Shown in pieces: positions 9,730 to 19,908 of a DNA stretch of 64,000 nt. The notes under the pieces are model-generated. The model had not been told where the DNA came from and ran no database searches. It was given only the letters and a program-made list of their open reading frames with translations. The position numbers were made by a program, and so were the translations under genes. Position 1 is the stretch's first letter; each line of letters begins with the position of its first letter. Source of the stretch: an uncultured Armatimonadia bacterium (GTDB lineage: Bacteria; Armatimonadota; Zipacnadia; CAVVLO01); NCBI GenBank assembly GCA_963749155.1, contig CAVVLO010000003.1:448001-512000 (forward strand), read 5' to 3'.

Positions 9730-11511
9730 TTACGCCTTGTTCCCTCTAATGACCTCGAACAGCGCCTGTGCGGCGCTTTCGGGGCCTTCCTGCTCATAGC
9801 CTGGGATGCCCAGGCGAGTGCGCAGTTGGCCGACTTTCACTCCTGCGCGGAACAGTTCCCCGAAGTAATGGCGCGCGAGCGGATCGTGCCGCTCTTTGAG
9901 CTGCGCCGGGCCGAAGGGGTTGGCGAAATACGTGTGCACCAGGCCCTTCTCGTCGGTCGTGCCCTTGGCTGCCCTGTATCCCTCGCGGAAGACATGCAGC
10001 GCCTCGTCGGGCGTCGCGTAGAACTGCAGGTGGGGGTGCTCCTCGTCCAGTTGCTCGTAGTTGTTGGCGTAGAGGAACAAGTCGACGTTGTAACCTGCCA
10101 TCACCGCGGAGTAGGTTGTCACGGGGATGACCAGCCGCGCGTTGGTCTTGTGCGGACTCATAAAGATGCTTCGGTCTATCTGGCCGAAGGCGTAGCCAGG
10201 CTGCAGATCGTCAAGCCGCACAAAGGCGCCTATCTCGGTGCCGTATCCTGCGACCGCACCATCGGGCCTGAGCCCGAGCGAACCCATATCATCGAAGATT
10301 ATGGTCATCGAGCGCAGTTGATCCTGCGCCAGCACCCGGAAGGCCTCAAGAGATTCCGACTTGCCAGCGCCCGAATCGCCCACTATGACGACATTGGCCG
10401 CCGAACCGTCTTTCAGCTCTATCCGGCACATCGCCCCGTGGATGGGCAGCTTGCCCCTGCGGATCATGATGACGTTGTGCAGGGTCAGGATCATCTTCTT
10501 GAAGTAGCCGAAATACTCGACGTCCTCGCAGCGCGCGATGGCGCCGACGACCAGGTTCTGCGCCTCGTCCTCGTAGAAGACCGTCTCCCCCTCGCCGATC
10601 TGCCCAGGTTCGATCCCGAATACGAGGATGCCATCCGGCTGGCGGCGCGCGTCATCGTGGCCGGCCAGCTCGAACAGGTTGATGAGGCTGCTGCCCAGGC
10701 CCAGATAATCCTGGTGGAAGAAGGCCAGAATCAGCAGAGGCCCCACGTTGAGGGGCATACAGAACCACTGCGAGGGGTCAATCTTGACGCCTTCCAGCGG
10801 GTTCTCGGCCACCGGGTCGAATTGCCCCTTGCGGAAGTTGCGCCGGGGGTAGAAGACCACCGGAAGCTGCATCGAGGCCAGCCGCACAAAGGGAACTTCT
10901 TTGAGGAAGTTGTAGACGCCCCCTGGGCAGGTCCAGTCTATCTTGTCTACCAGCAGGCCCATATTGACGCCCGCCGGGACGTTACGATAAACGCGGGGCC
11001 ACTGCCCTTGCAGGTTGCTGCTGACGCGCCGGAAGACGCGCAAGACCAACGAGCGTAAATCCTCGGTCGCCCCAACAAAGCCCTGATGCCCCTCGAGAGC
11101 GCGATCGCGCGAGTCATCGGCCGCCGCTTCGTAGATGAGGAACCGCTCGAGATCGCGCCAGAAGTCATACAGTTGGTTCATCACCTCGACCAGCCGCGCC
11201 TTCGAGGCGAACAGCGGCGTAAGCTCCGGCGCCTGCTCGCCGACCCCCTCGGCCCGATGCTCCAGCAACAGGCGGAACACCTTGGCCACCAACTGGGTAG
11301 CGTCCGAGACGCCTTTTCCCTTGCGCTTCAGGCTGGTCATCCCGACCATACCAAGCAGCGGAGAACGCTGATTGTCCAGTTTCTCGAGGAACCGCTGCAC
11401 TATCTCCAGGAAGAGCCCGGAGTTGAGCACGTCCTCGGGAGTCTTGCACGGCAAGTCTGCCATCTTGAGGACGACGCGACGCTCATCAATCGTGTAGGAG
11501 AAGTCACTCAT
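9730..11511 (-). CDS. PEP carboxykinase-like / HPr-kinase superfamily P-loop protein
   Basis: LPIHGA, Walker A GDSGAGKSES, IIFDDMG and GTEIGAFVRLDDL motifs. Start re-set to MSDFSY at 11511. Confidence 0.7.
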   Translation of the reverse strand: MSDFSYTIDERRVVLKMADLPCKTPEDVLNSGLFLEIVQRFLEKLDNQRSPLLGMVGMTSLKRKGKGVSDATQLVAKVFRLLLEHRAEGVGEQAPELTPLFASKARLVEVMNQLYDFWRDLERFLIYEAAADDSRDRALEGHQGFVGATEDLRSLVLRVFRRVSSNLQGQWPRVYRNVPAGVNMGLLVDKIDWTCPGGVYNFLKEVPFVRLASMQLPVVFYPRRNFRKGQFDPVAENPLEGVKIDPSQWFCMPLNVGPLLILAFFHQDYLGLGSSLINLFELAGHDDARRQPDGILVFGIEPGQIGEGETVFYEDEAQNLVVGAIARCEDVEYFGYFKKMILTLHNVIMIRRGKLPIHGAMCRIELKDGSAANVVIVGDSGAGKSESLEAFRVLAQDQLRSMTIIFDDMGSLGLRPDGAVAGYGTEIGAFVRLDDLQPGYAFGQIDRSIFMSPHKTNARLVIPVTTYSAVMAGYNVDLFLYANNYEQLDEEHPHLQFYATPDEALHVFREGYRAAKGTTDEKGLVHTYFANPFGPAQLKERHDPLARHYFGELFRAGVKVGQLRTRLGIPGYEQEGPESAAQALFEVIRGNKA

Positions 11512-11735
11512 AAGGTCCACCTTCCAGTCTCGTACCCCTCTAATTATTCGTGAAGGGTAAACTCTCAGTTTACCTGCCGGAAGGCGTTCTGTGAAGGGCG
11601 CAGGAAAGGCCCTGGGAACCACGAAACCCGGTATTACAGCGCTACAGAACCTCCCGAACCTCACTCTGTCTTTAGCCGGAGCTGACGAGTGACAAAGAAA
11701 CCACTTTCATATGGCGCGCTTCCAGGCTTTGGGCG

Positions 11736-12719
11736 ATGAAGAACTTCGCTTTGAGAGTTTGGCTCTCTCTGCTGACAGGCTATGTCTTCCTGTACTTCGG
11801 GGAGCTTGTCTTTTGGGCAACGCCTGAGCGCGAAGGGATGGACCCTTTCGGCCTGGGCCTGACCTGGCTCTTGTACTCCTTTTTCGCGTATGTCTTCCTC
11901 TCGGTCGTAGCGTCCTTCCGAGCGCGCAACGTATGGGCGGTCTTCCTGGCTGGCGCAGTCTTCGGCTGGTTCGAGGAAGGGATTATCCTGCAGACGACCT
12001 ATGGAACCCCCGACTCGCCTTTCCCTTTCACCATCTCTTTTACCGCACTGGCCTGGCATGCGCTGATTGACGTCCTGATTGGCTGGTATCTGCTTCGCAG
12101 AGTGCTGTCCGAGAATCATCCAGGGCGAAGGATTGCGGTCGCTGCGCTCGTTGGCGCCTTCTACGGCTATTGGGCAATCTTCTGGTGGACCGAGCCTCCG
12201 GAACCTATGCGTCTGTTGCTTGAGGCCGGACAGAAAGACTTGCTCCTGCTACGGTTCGGAGCGTTTACACTCATAACCACGGCGCTGCTTGCCTGTGTTT
12301 TCTGGCTTTATGATCGGATGATGCCCTTCGTTTTCAGCCCCTCGAAATTCGAAAAGGGGTTTCTGGTAGCGGTGACCCTGGCCTATTTTGCCCTTGTAAC
12401 CGTGCCCGCCGCACCCAAAGCCCTGTGGGTGCTGCCTCCCTTATTGGGGCTGACCTTCCTGGCCCTCTACCGCAATCGTCGAGTCGAAGACCAGCCAGAT
12501 GCGATTGTTGCCTTTGCCCCAGCAGCCAGACCGGGGCGCTATCTGACCTTAATGATAATCCCAGTGGTCGCGACTTCAATCTACTTCGTGGCCCTGGCCG
12601 CCGACCTGCGCCTGCACACGAACCTCGTAGTTTTCTATACGACCACCGCCCTGGGCGCCGGGCTGTGGCTAGCAAGTGTAGTGGCGTTGCTCCTTCCCCG
12701 GAAGAAGGCAGTCACTTAG
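11736..12719 (+). CDS. Polytopic membrane protein, unknown function
   Basis: 327-aa ORF with about 10 hydrophobic segments and a GWFEEG motif. Confidence 0.75.
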   Translation: MKNFALRVWLSLLTGYVFLYFGELVFWATPEREGMDPFGLGLTWLLYSFFAYVFLSVVASFRARNVWAVFLAGAVFGWFEEGIILQTTYGTPDSPFPFTISFTALAWHALIDVLIGWYLLRRVLSENHPGRRIAVAALVGAFYGYWAIFWWTEPPEPMRLLLEAGQKDLLLLRFGAFTLITTALLACVFWLYDRMMPFVFSPSKFEKGFLVAVTLAYFALVTVPAAPKALWVLPPLLGLTFLALYRNRRVEDQPDAIVAFAPAARPGRYLTLMIIPVVATSIYFVALAADLRLHTNLVVFYTTTALGAGLWLASVVALLLPRKKAVT

Positions 12720-12771
12720 GCTCGCAGGAAGGCTTTCTCCTTTCGCGAATACGCACTTGGGGGTGGTAAGA

Positions 12772-13722
12772 ATGGCAACGAAACTCGAAGGGTTGCTGTG
12801 GAGGCCCACCTGGAACTCCGCGTTTGGCTGCCTCAAGGGCTGCCTCGACTATCTGGGGGCGGACCTCTCGCTGCCGTGGCTCTTTGGCGCGACAGGCCAC
12901 GCCTTCGCCATCAACATCCACAAGGAGCTGTGCCCGAGCGGCCCTACCGCCTGGGATTGGGAGGGTGGCGTCTTCGGCCTGGGCCACAACCTCGGCTATC
13001 ACATCTCCAGCCTCGAGACGGGCGACTTCTGGCATGAGCTGCGCAGCCGGCCTGGCTATGAGGCCAAGGTGAAATCCGCCTGGGCCTTCGCCAGAGGCAA
13101 CCTGGACGTCGGTCTTCCCGTCTTCTGGTGGGCGTTCAAGATCCCCGAATACTATGTCATCTATGGCTGGGACGAGGCCGGGCTGTACTATTCCGGTCCC
13201 CACGCCGAGGGAGGCGCCGGCCCGGAGCCCTGGCAAGGTCTGGACAGCGTCGGAGTATTCGCCGTGCAGCGCGTGGAGCCGGCCCCCCTCGAGCAGCAGG
13301 TGCTGGCGGGACTGAAACAGGGGCTGGCCTTTGCGGACTTGCAGGCCCGGGGAGATTACGCCCACGGCTTTCAGGCTTTCGCGATGTGGGCCGAGGCGCT
13401 GGAGGAGGGCGTCGCCAGCAAGGACGGCCATTTCTACAATGGCGCCTGCTGGGCAGAGGCGCGCCGCGCGGGAGCTGACTTCCTCAAAGAGGCTGGCTCG
13501 AAGCTGCCTGGCCTTGCGGACGAACAGTTCCAGGCCGCCTCAGCCGCCTATCACCAGGTGGGAGCGCTGCTCCAGCGCGCCACCGACCTCGTGCCTTTCC
13601 AAGCCACCTGGGACGAGGCCATCAAGCTGCCCGAGGGGGCAGCGCTCCTCCGCGAGGCAGCGCAGGCTGAAGCCCGAGCGGTCTCCCTCCTCAGCGAGCT
13701 GGTCTACAAGCTGGAGGACTAA
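12772..13722 (+). CDS. Hypothetical protein, possibly BtrH N-terminal-like
   Basis: Strong GC3 bias; GCLKGCLDYLG...WLFGATGHAF...ELCPSGP and YYVIYGWD motifs. The family assignment is tentative. Confidence 0.65.
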   Translation: MATKLEGLLWRPTWNSAFGCLKGCLDYLGADLSLPWLFGATGHAFAINIHKELCPSGPTAWDWEGGVFGLGHNLGYHISSLETGDFWHELRSRPGYEAKVKSAWAFARGNLDVGLPVFWWAFKIPEYYVIYGWDEAGLYYSGPHAEGGAGPEPWQGLDSVGVFAVQRVEPAPLEQQVLAGLKQGLAFADLQARGDYAHGFQAFAMWAEALEEGVASKDGHFYNGACWAEARRAGADFLKEAGSKLPGLADEQFQAASAAYHQVGALLQRATDLVPFQATWDEAIKLPEGAALLREAAQAEARAVSLLSELVYKLED

Positions 13723-13793
13723 AAGTCTTAACCCAAAGCAAAGCCCCGACCTCAGGGGGACGGCCGGGGCGAGAAAGGCAGTGGGACGGGCGG

Positions 13794-14730
13794 CTAGTGC
13801 TTGGCTCGTCTGCGCAGCAGGACTGCCGCCAAGGCTAGCACGAGTAGGCCACAAGCCACCACGATCGAGAGATGTATCAAGTGCGGTCGCTTAGGGGGAG
13901 GACAAGCGCCGAAGTTCGCAGAAGCATCCTCAAAGACGATGGCGCCAGCGCCGGCATCGACCTCCAGTATTGATGGGAAGGCAGCGCTATACTCGACTTC
14001 GTCGGAGAGGTCGTAGACCAGCTCATAGACCAGTTGCCCCTCAGCATTCACAACGAGGCTGCACGTCGGTGTGTAGTCGCCCAAGTCAGGATACTCTGTT
14101 TCAGCTACACTGATCGCATCTTCGGCCGTGAGGGTGGGCTCCTGTGTTGCCAACCCCGAAGGCAGGGCGTCGAACCGCTGGTAGTTCACCAGGCAGCCCG
14201 ACTCCAGCGACACCCCGACATCGCATCCGCCAAGGTGCGTGTCGGCTCCACTCGCCAGTTGGGGATGGAAGCTGTAGGTCTGCCAGTCCTCCTCGGCACG
14301 GCTGAGGATGTCCCATTGGAAGCTGGAGTAGCCGGGCAACTTGGCGGAGGCAAACTGCACCGCGAGGGCCTGCCCTTGCACCTCGCTGATCGGGTTGTTG
14401 GGCGCCGATGAGTTGACCGAGGGCACATCCTCCCAGTAAGTAACGAACACTACATAGGGGGGACTACCATCTAGCAGGACATAGTCGGTCTTGGTGCTGC
14501 CCGGGCCGGTTTCCACCCAAGCATCGTGACTGGCGGTCTCGCTCAAGCGCCCAACTGTCCAGGTGCCTTCGTCGTCCTCGGTGGTGACTACGTCCAGCGA
14601 CTGGTTCCCTTCGAAGTCACGGACAGCCTGGATAGCGGCGGACGCAGTCATAGCCGAGCCAGGCACGCAGAGCACCGTCTGCACTAAGAGGAGTACGAGG
14701 AAGGGTGCGATGGCTGTGAGACCTTCTCAT
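13794..14730 (-). CDS. Exported protein with PepSY-like domain and C-terminal membrane anchor; apparent frameshift just after the start
   Basis: ATG at 14730 overlaps the upstream TGA (ATGA). Removing one base gives signal peptide MRRLTAIAPFLVLLLVQT. PepSY-like TLTAEDAISVAE...LVYEL.Y...LEVDAGAGAIV; ends in a TM helix plus RRRAKH. Confidence 0.6.
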
Positions 14731-16567
14731 TGAGAAACACCTCCGGTGAACATGGGTTGGCCATGCGATGGAACTAGCGTTGCGGTTTTCGAGCCATACG
14801 CAAAGAAATAGCCGACGCCTGGGTGCGTCTTGTTCCAGTAGAGACCTGCTTGCTTCAGTTGTCCCCGTACGATGCCGTGCAGAGCATACAGCGGTACTGG
14901 AACCCCCCGCGTTGCGTAGGCTTTCTTTAATTCATTCGTGAACAACTTGGCGTATGTATCTGCACTGACAATCCTTACTTTCCAGTCCATCCCTGCTGCC
15001 ACTGCAAAAACGCCAGGATTGTGCGTAACGATACTCTCTGTGAAGAGCCGACCACGGCAACAGAGCACTAACGCCAGTTGCAGGTGCCCGTCAGGCACTT
15101 CGCCAGAGCTAAGGCGTGCCTCTTCTGACTCGGAACTGTCCAACAATATCTGCCCCGCCCCACCATGACCTCGGTAGATCCACACGTCGCTATTCGCTAA
15201 CGTCTCAATGACGCTATCCTTGCCTATATCGCCAGTATCTGAACACGCCCCTACGAGATCAGAACCTGTCGACAACCATCTCCCGCGATAGAGCCACCAA
15301 CTCGGCGCGGCGGGGTCCTTGAGCGCCCCGAAGCGAGCGCAGAGCTCGGAGTCTATGTTGTCGTATGGCACATAGCCCGGGCTGTCATGCTGCAGTGAGG
15401 CAACCGTGGGCACATGAGCGGTCCAGCCTCGTGCGATACACCACCTAGCCGTGTGGCTGCGGTACCTCTCGGGGTGGTTGTCAAGGATGGCCACGCCCAG
15501 GTAATGGGTGTCGGACACGCCGATCGACAGGCTTGCTCCTTCTTTCTCGTTGCTGCCCAGGACCGCTGTTCCGCCTGTGATTGTGTTGCGTAGTGAGATG
15601 TCCGGTGAGGAGGTTGTCGGCCCGAAGAACTCGAACTTCGCTGAGCTGCCGTTGGTGACTGCGATTTCGTAGGTGGCGTCCGCGGTTGCCGTGCAGTCGT
15701 TGGTGCTTGAACTGATGCCCGTGACCTCTACTGCGTCACACTCCACCGAAGGATCACCATCACACCACACGCCTGAGGTGTATGCTGTATATGCGGTCGC
15801 TTGGACATCGAAAGCATAGACGCCTCTGGCAGGTTTCGGGTTGCCTGAATGGGCCTGGTCCAAGGCAATGTCCATTGAGTCTGATGCACCCGCGAGAGTC
15901 TTGGTGACCGTCCAAGGCCCGGATTGGCCTGGGTTGGCGCCAAAGTTCCACAGCCATACCGCGTAGGTGATGGTGTCACGCGAATCCCCATACGGGTGCG
16001 CTGTGATGGCCGCATGGATCACCGGAGCCTCATCGTCCTGCACCACTACAAAGTTCCGAGAGTTGGTCGCAGTATCATAGGCGTCTGTGACTACGAGGTT
16101 GTTGACTACGAAGGGGCGATCCTCTATGCAACCATCACCCTCCTCGACGATATGGCCCATCTCCCAGCGGTGCCACTGATAATTGAATGTGAACTGCCAA
16201 TCCCCATTGTGAAAAACGCTACTCGTAAACTGGAAGTCCCAATTGATCCACATATTCGGGAAGAAGCCGGTGCTGGACATCTGGCCTTGATTCTGCGTCC
16301 AGTCCTGCTCCTGCCCGTCATAGCCGGGCTGTTCCGCGTGGAGCGTGATGTCGGAGTAAGTGTAGTTCCAGCTGTACGGGAAGGTGATTCGGAGATACGC
16401 CACACCGACGGCCTCCTCACCAGTGCTTGGGTTGCGTGCCAGGTCGAGGACATCCGAGGTCGGCGGATAAAGTGGGGCGCTCCAGGCTACCCCCCCCCCC
16501 CCGTGAGGACGAGAAGGGCCAGCGCTAGCGCTAACCCTGTGAGACTGACTAACCGCTTTGCTTGCAT
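14727..16567 (-). CDS. Secreted protein with beta-rich N-terminal part and C-terminal clan-CD (caspase/gingipain)-like domain; signal peptide out of frame at a G13 tract
   Basis: RBS GGAGGT then ATG at 16567 encodes MQAKRLVSLTGLALALALLVLT-(G tract). The mature part continues VAWSAPLYPP in another frame. DVWIYRGHGG ... LALVLCC pattern near the C-terminus. Confidence 0.6.
16490..16502 (-). repeat. Poly-G13 homopolymer in the signal-peptide coding region
   Basis: 13 consecutive C on the plus strand; the longest homopolymer I noticed in the window. Confidence 0.9.
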
Positions 16568-16638
16568 TGTCCACCTCCACTAGTTTGTGAGACTGTGGGT
16601 CGGGTGTGACTGCGAGTCAGATGGGTCTGTCAGTATCC

Positions 16639-16666
16639 AGTATACCACTTGCTCCCCAAAGCGCAA
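16639..16666 (-). promoter_or_regulatory. Putative sigma70 promoter with extended -10
   Basis: Minus strand TTGCGC-16 bp-TATACT with TG-n immediately before the -10 box, about 70 bp upstream of the ATG at 16567. Confidence 0.5.
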
Positions 16667-16798
16667 GGCGGTTCTTTGTTAAATTATATCGAGCATCCAG
16701 ATAACACCCGACTCCGCTACAAGGTTCCTTTTCAACAATACCAGAAGACTTAAGGTCCTTGTTACGAGACCTAGGCCCAGGCCTTGGCATCTGCTAAC

Positions 16799-18057
16799 TT
16801 ATTCCGTCACATTCCCCAGTAGCTGCACCTGGCCGGTGGACTCGTTGGTGATCGTCTCGCCGTAGCGGAAGCGGTTGCCCATAAAGACAGCGCTGGTGAG
16901 GTTCGGGCCGAGGTGGGCGACAGGCGCTTCGTCCATAAAGTCGCACCCCTGCACGATTACACTGCCGGCGTTCGCCTCGATACAGGGCTTGGTCTTCGCC
17001 CAGTTGATGAAATGGCAGGTGGAGAAGAAGACCGTCCCCGAGCCGTTCAGGACCGCATGGCTGCCTGAGCCAGACTCGTACCAGAAGCCGCAGTTGGAGA
17101 ACTTCACCGGGCCGGAGTTGTCCGGGCTTGTCTCGATGCCGCTCATAAACTGGCAGTTCTCGAAGGCGATGCCCGCGTGAGACTGCACCTCGTCCACCTT
17201 CACGGCCAGCGGGCCGATGTCAGCGCCGCTCTGGGTGATGACCATATTGCCCGTCCCGCCCACTCGGGTGTCGGTCTTGATGAAGTGGAAACCCACCTTC
17301 GCCCAGATGACGAAGCAACCGGACATATATTCCCAGTCGGTGCGGCCGATTATGAAGCCGGTGAGATGCTTGGGCGTCCAGGCGTTGAGTTCTTCAATCT
17401 GCTCCGGAGTAAAAGTGTACGGCGCGCTGACCCGCCACCAGTAGACATTGTGGATATGGACGTTCTCGATGCGCCCGATATCGGTGCATTGGTCCACGTA
17501 GACGCCCTTGTTAAGCGCGCACATATAGACATTGCGCAAGTGATGGCCTTCGTTGTGGAAGCTGCCGCAATCTACGCCATTCCACGAGTTGACGAGGGTG
17601 CAGTCAATCACATTGTAATGTTGCCCGCGCCCCTGGATGGTCCAGGGATAGGGATGGATGTCTCGGCTGTTCTGCTCGGGATAGAAAATAGTCAGCCCCT
17701 TCAAGGTGCTGCTGGTCTGCAGGCTGATTAGAGGCGCGCTGTCCTCCGCATCGCGCCCGGCATAGGCGAGCAGGACGCTGCCCTTGTCGAGGTGCGAGGT
17801 ATGGGGCCCTTGCCAGACTCCTTCGAGAGTGACGCCGACGGGGATGGTAAGGGTACCGTCGAGCCGGTACTGGCCGGGCGGCACGATGACAGGCGCGCCG
17901 GGTCTCCGGCCCAGTCGAGGGTCTTCTGAAAGGCGGCGGTGCAGTCGGTCGTCGCATCGCCCTTCGCGCCGAAATCGAGCACATTAAAGCTGGTCGCCTG
18001 GGCGCAGGCAAAGCCTGCCAGCAGCAAAACAAGCAGCGCGCAGAATATCGGTTGCAT
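16799..18057 (-). CDS. Secreted pectate-lyase-superfamily (parallel beta-helix) protein; frameshift near 17890
   Basis: Signal peptide then FNVLDFGAKGDATTDCTAAFQKTLD and PPGQYRLDGTLTIPVGVTLEG (Pectate_lyase_3-type N-terminus); repeated IENVHIH / FENCQF / FSNCGF coils. Confidence 0.8.
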
Positions 18058-18132
18058 AAGAGAAGCCTCCCCCTGATGAGTATCCAGGGAGAGACTTCTC
18101 CTAGAATCAGAGGCTGTCCTGCCTGGCTCCCT

Positions 18133-19786
18133 TTAGCGAGGCGCGCTGATTCTCATACCGAAGCTCTGCAAGCCCAGCTTCATCGTAACAAGCTCCGCCA
18201 CGACAGTAGCTGACGCGAGCTCGCTTGCCGGTCTTACGACAACCAGAGGGGTAATCGTCTGGCCGGCCGAAGGAACGAACTCGAGGGTCACCGGCGTGTC
18301 AGGCGGCAAGCCGAATACGATAACCGTCAGGGGCACCGCGGCTCCAGGCGTGGTGACCTCCGGACAATCGAGGATATACCCCCAGGCTGGCACTGTGGCA
18401 GTGAAGGTCTCCCCGGTCGGAGAGGTGACTTCGATGTCGCAGGTGTCGCCCTCTGGTTGCGGGATGTCGGTGCCGGAGAAGGCAAGCTCTTCGCCACAAC
18501 TGGCAACCGGAGTGACTGGGGTGCCCTCGACAGTGACGTCATAGTCTCCGGGGCCATACTCCTCGGGCGGTCTCATCCAATCGGGCAGCCTCAGCGTCTC
18601 GTGCGCCCGCCCGTTGAGTAAGTCACACAGCCCGTCGATTAGTGGATTTGTGAAGTCTTGTCCAAGCGATACCCCAAAGTCGCACGCATTTGCAATCAGC
18701 CTGCGCCCAGGCGCGGATACCGTCACAATATCGGGTGAGAGGCCCTCAGGCAGCTTTAGAGAGATATGGTCGCCATGACCGACGTAATCAGACCCGTCAG
18801 GTGGCCGCACTCGCTCGCCAGTCGGATCGAGAGCTATCTCGTGATCCTCTCCACCGATGGCTGTGATGGTTATGGTCTCAGCCTCGCACATATATTCGCG
18901 GTTGATTTTTACTTCGTCATCGATCGCGGTGAAGGTGACCGTGCTGGTCTGGTGACCGCGCTCGCGCTCGCGCTTCTCTTCTTCTTCCAGCTCCTTGCTC
19001 ATATGCGCGCGACGCTTGGCGCCCGTCTCTCTGGTGGCTTCTTTTAGGAACTGACGTATCTCTTCGATGAGCTCCAGCATCCCCTCATCGTCATTGGCCT
19101 CTTTCATCTTGTAGAGGCGGTCCACCATATCCTTGAGTTGTTTCATCGCCTCGGTGCTGATGTCGGGGATGCCGGTGTCATCCGTGTGGGCGGCCATGTA
19201 CTCGAGGATCTTGTCGAGTAGCTCCTGCACGTCAGCGCACATCCAGGCGGACTCCAAATACCAACAGAAGGCTTTCTCCGGTCGCCAGCCATCCCAGCCG
19301 CCGTGTTCGACCAGGTCCATTAGCGCCAGGTAGAGCTGATCCAGCCCCATCCCTGGCAGCATTGGCGGGTCGTCGGCCTTCCGCAGTTTCTTGGCCAGCA
19401 GCAGCAGGTCCATCAGGTCGTTGAACCGTCCGACCGAATCCTTGGACCAGCCCTTCTCCTTGCCTATGGCTCCGACCAGTTCATCGATACCAGGAGGCGG
19501 AGGCAGGCACTCGCGCACAGCGGTAACGGCCCACTTCAGGGCGTTGCGTTTTTGCTTGAGCGCCTCCTTCTTGTCACCCGCCTGGATTGCGGCCACAGCT
19601 TTATCGGTTGCCTCAGCCGCGTTGCGTAAAGCGTTATTCTGGCTCACTGTCTGAGTGGATTGTTGACCGTCGCGGAACTTCTGCGCGGCGCCTTGCAGGT
19701 CTTCAACTTCACCAGCCAGGGCAACGAAGGCGAATACAACCAGTAAAACGGGGACATAGAACTCGCAGCAGATGTGGAGTTGTCAC
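18133..19786 (-). CDS. Hypothetical secreted protein (helical N-terminal half, beta-rich C-terminal half), paralog A; frameshift in signal peptide near 19750
   Basis: The 504-aa ORF extends upstream in frame to ..VLLVVFAFVALAGEVEDLQ. A GTG at 19786 joins if one C of a C4 run is removed. Homologous to 21098-22737. Confidence 0.65.
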
Positions 19787-19908
19787 AACAGCCACCCCCC
19801 AATGGTGTGCTTTGTGCGTCTCTAGTTATAGCTTATCACTACTTTCGCCCAAGGCAAAACCGGGCCGACCGGAGCCGACCCGGCTGGCAGGACTGGATTA
19901 GGACCGGG

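Noticed and set aside
11512..11664. N-terminal extensions in the ORF track (also 44226-44411, 58022-58168, 60768-60869)
   Set aside because: They are low-information peptides upstream of better-supported starts, running through intergenic DNA or overlapping a neighbouring gene.
13743..13770. GCCCCG...CGGGGC hairpin as a terminator
   Set aside because: Short stem, large loop and only a weak U-tract on the minus strand; too uncertain to call.
16568..16580. ORF-track start MEVDNASK for the 617-aa protein
   Set aside because: This stretch is the RBS of the ATG at 16567, which encodes a proper signal peptide in another frame.
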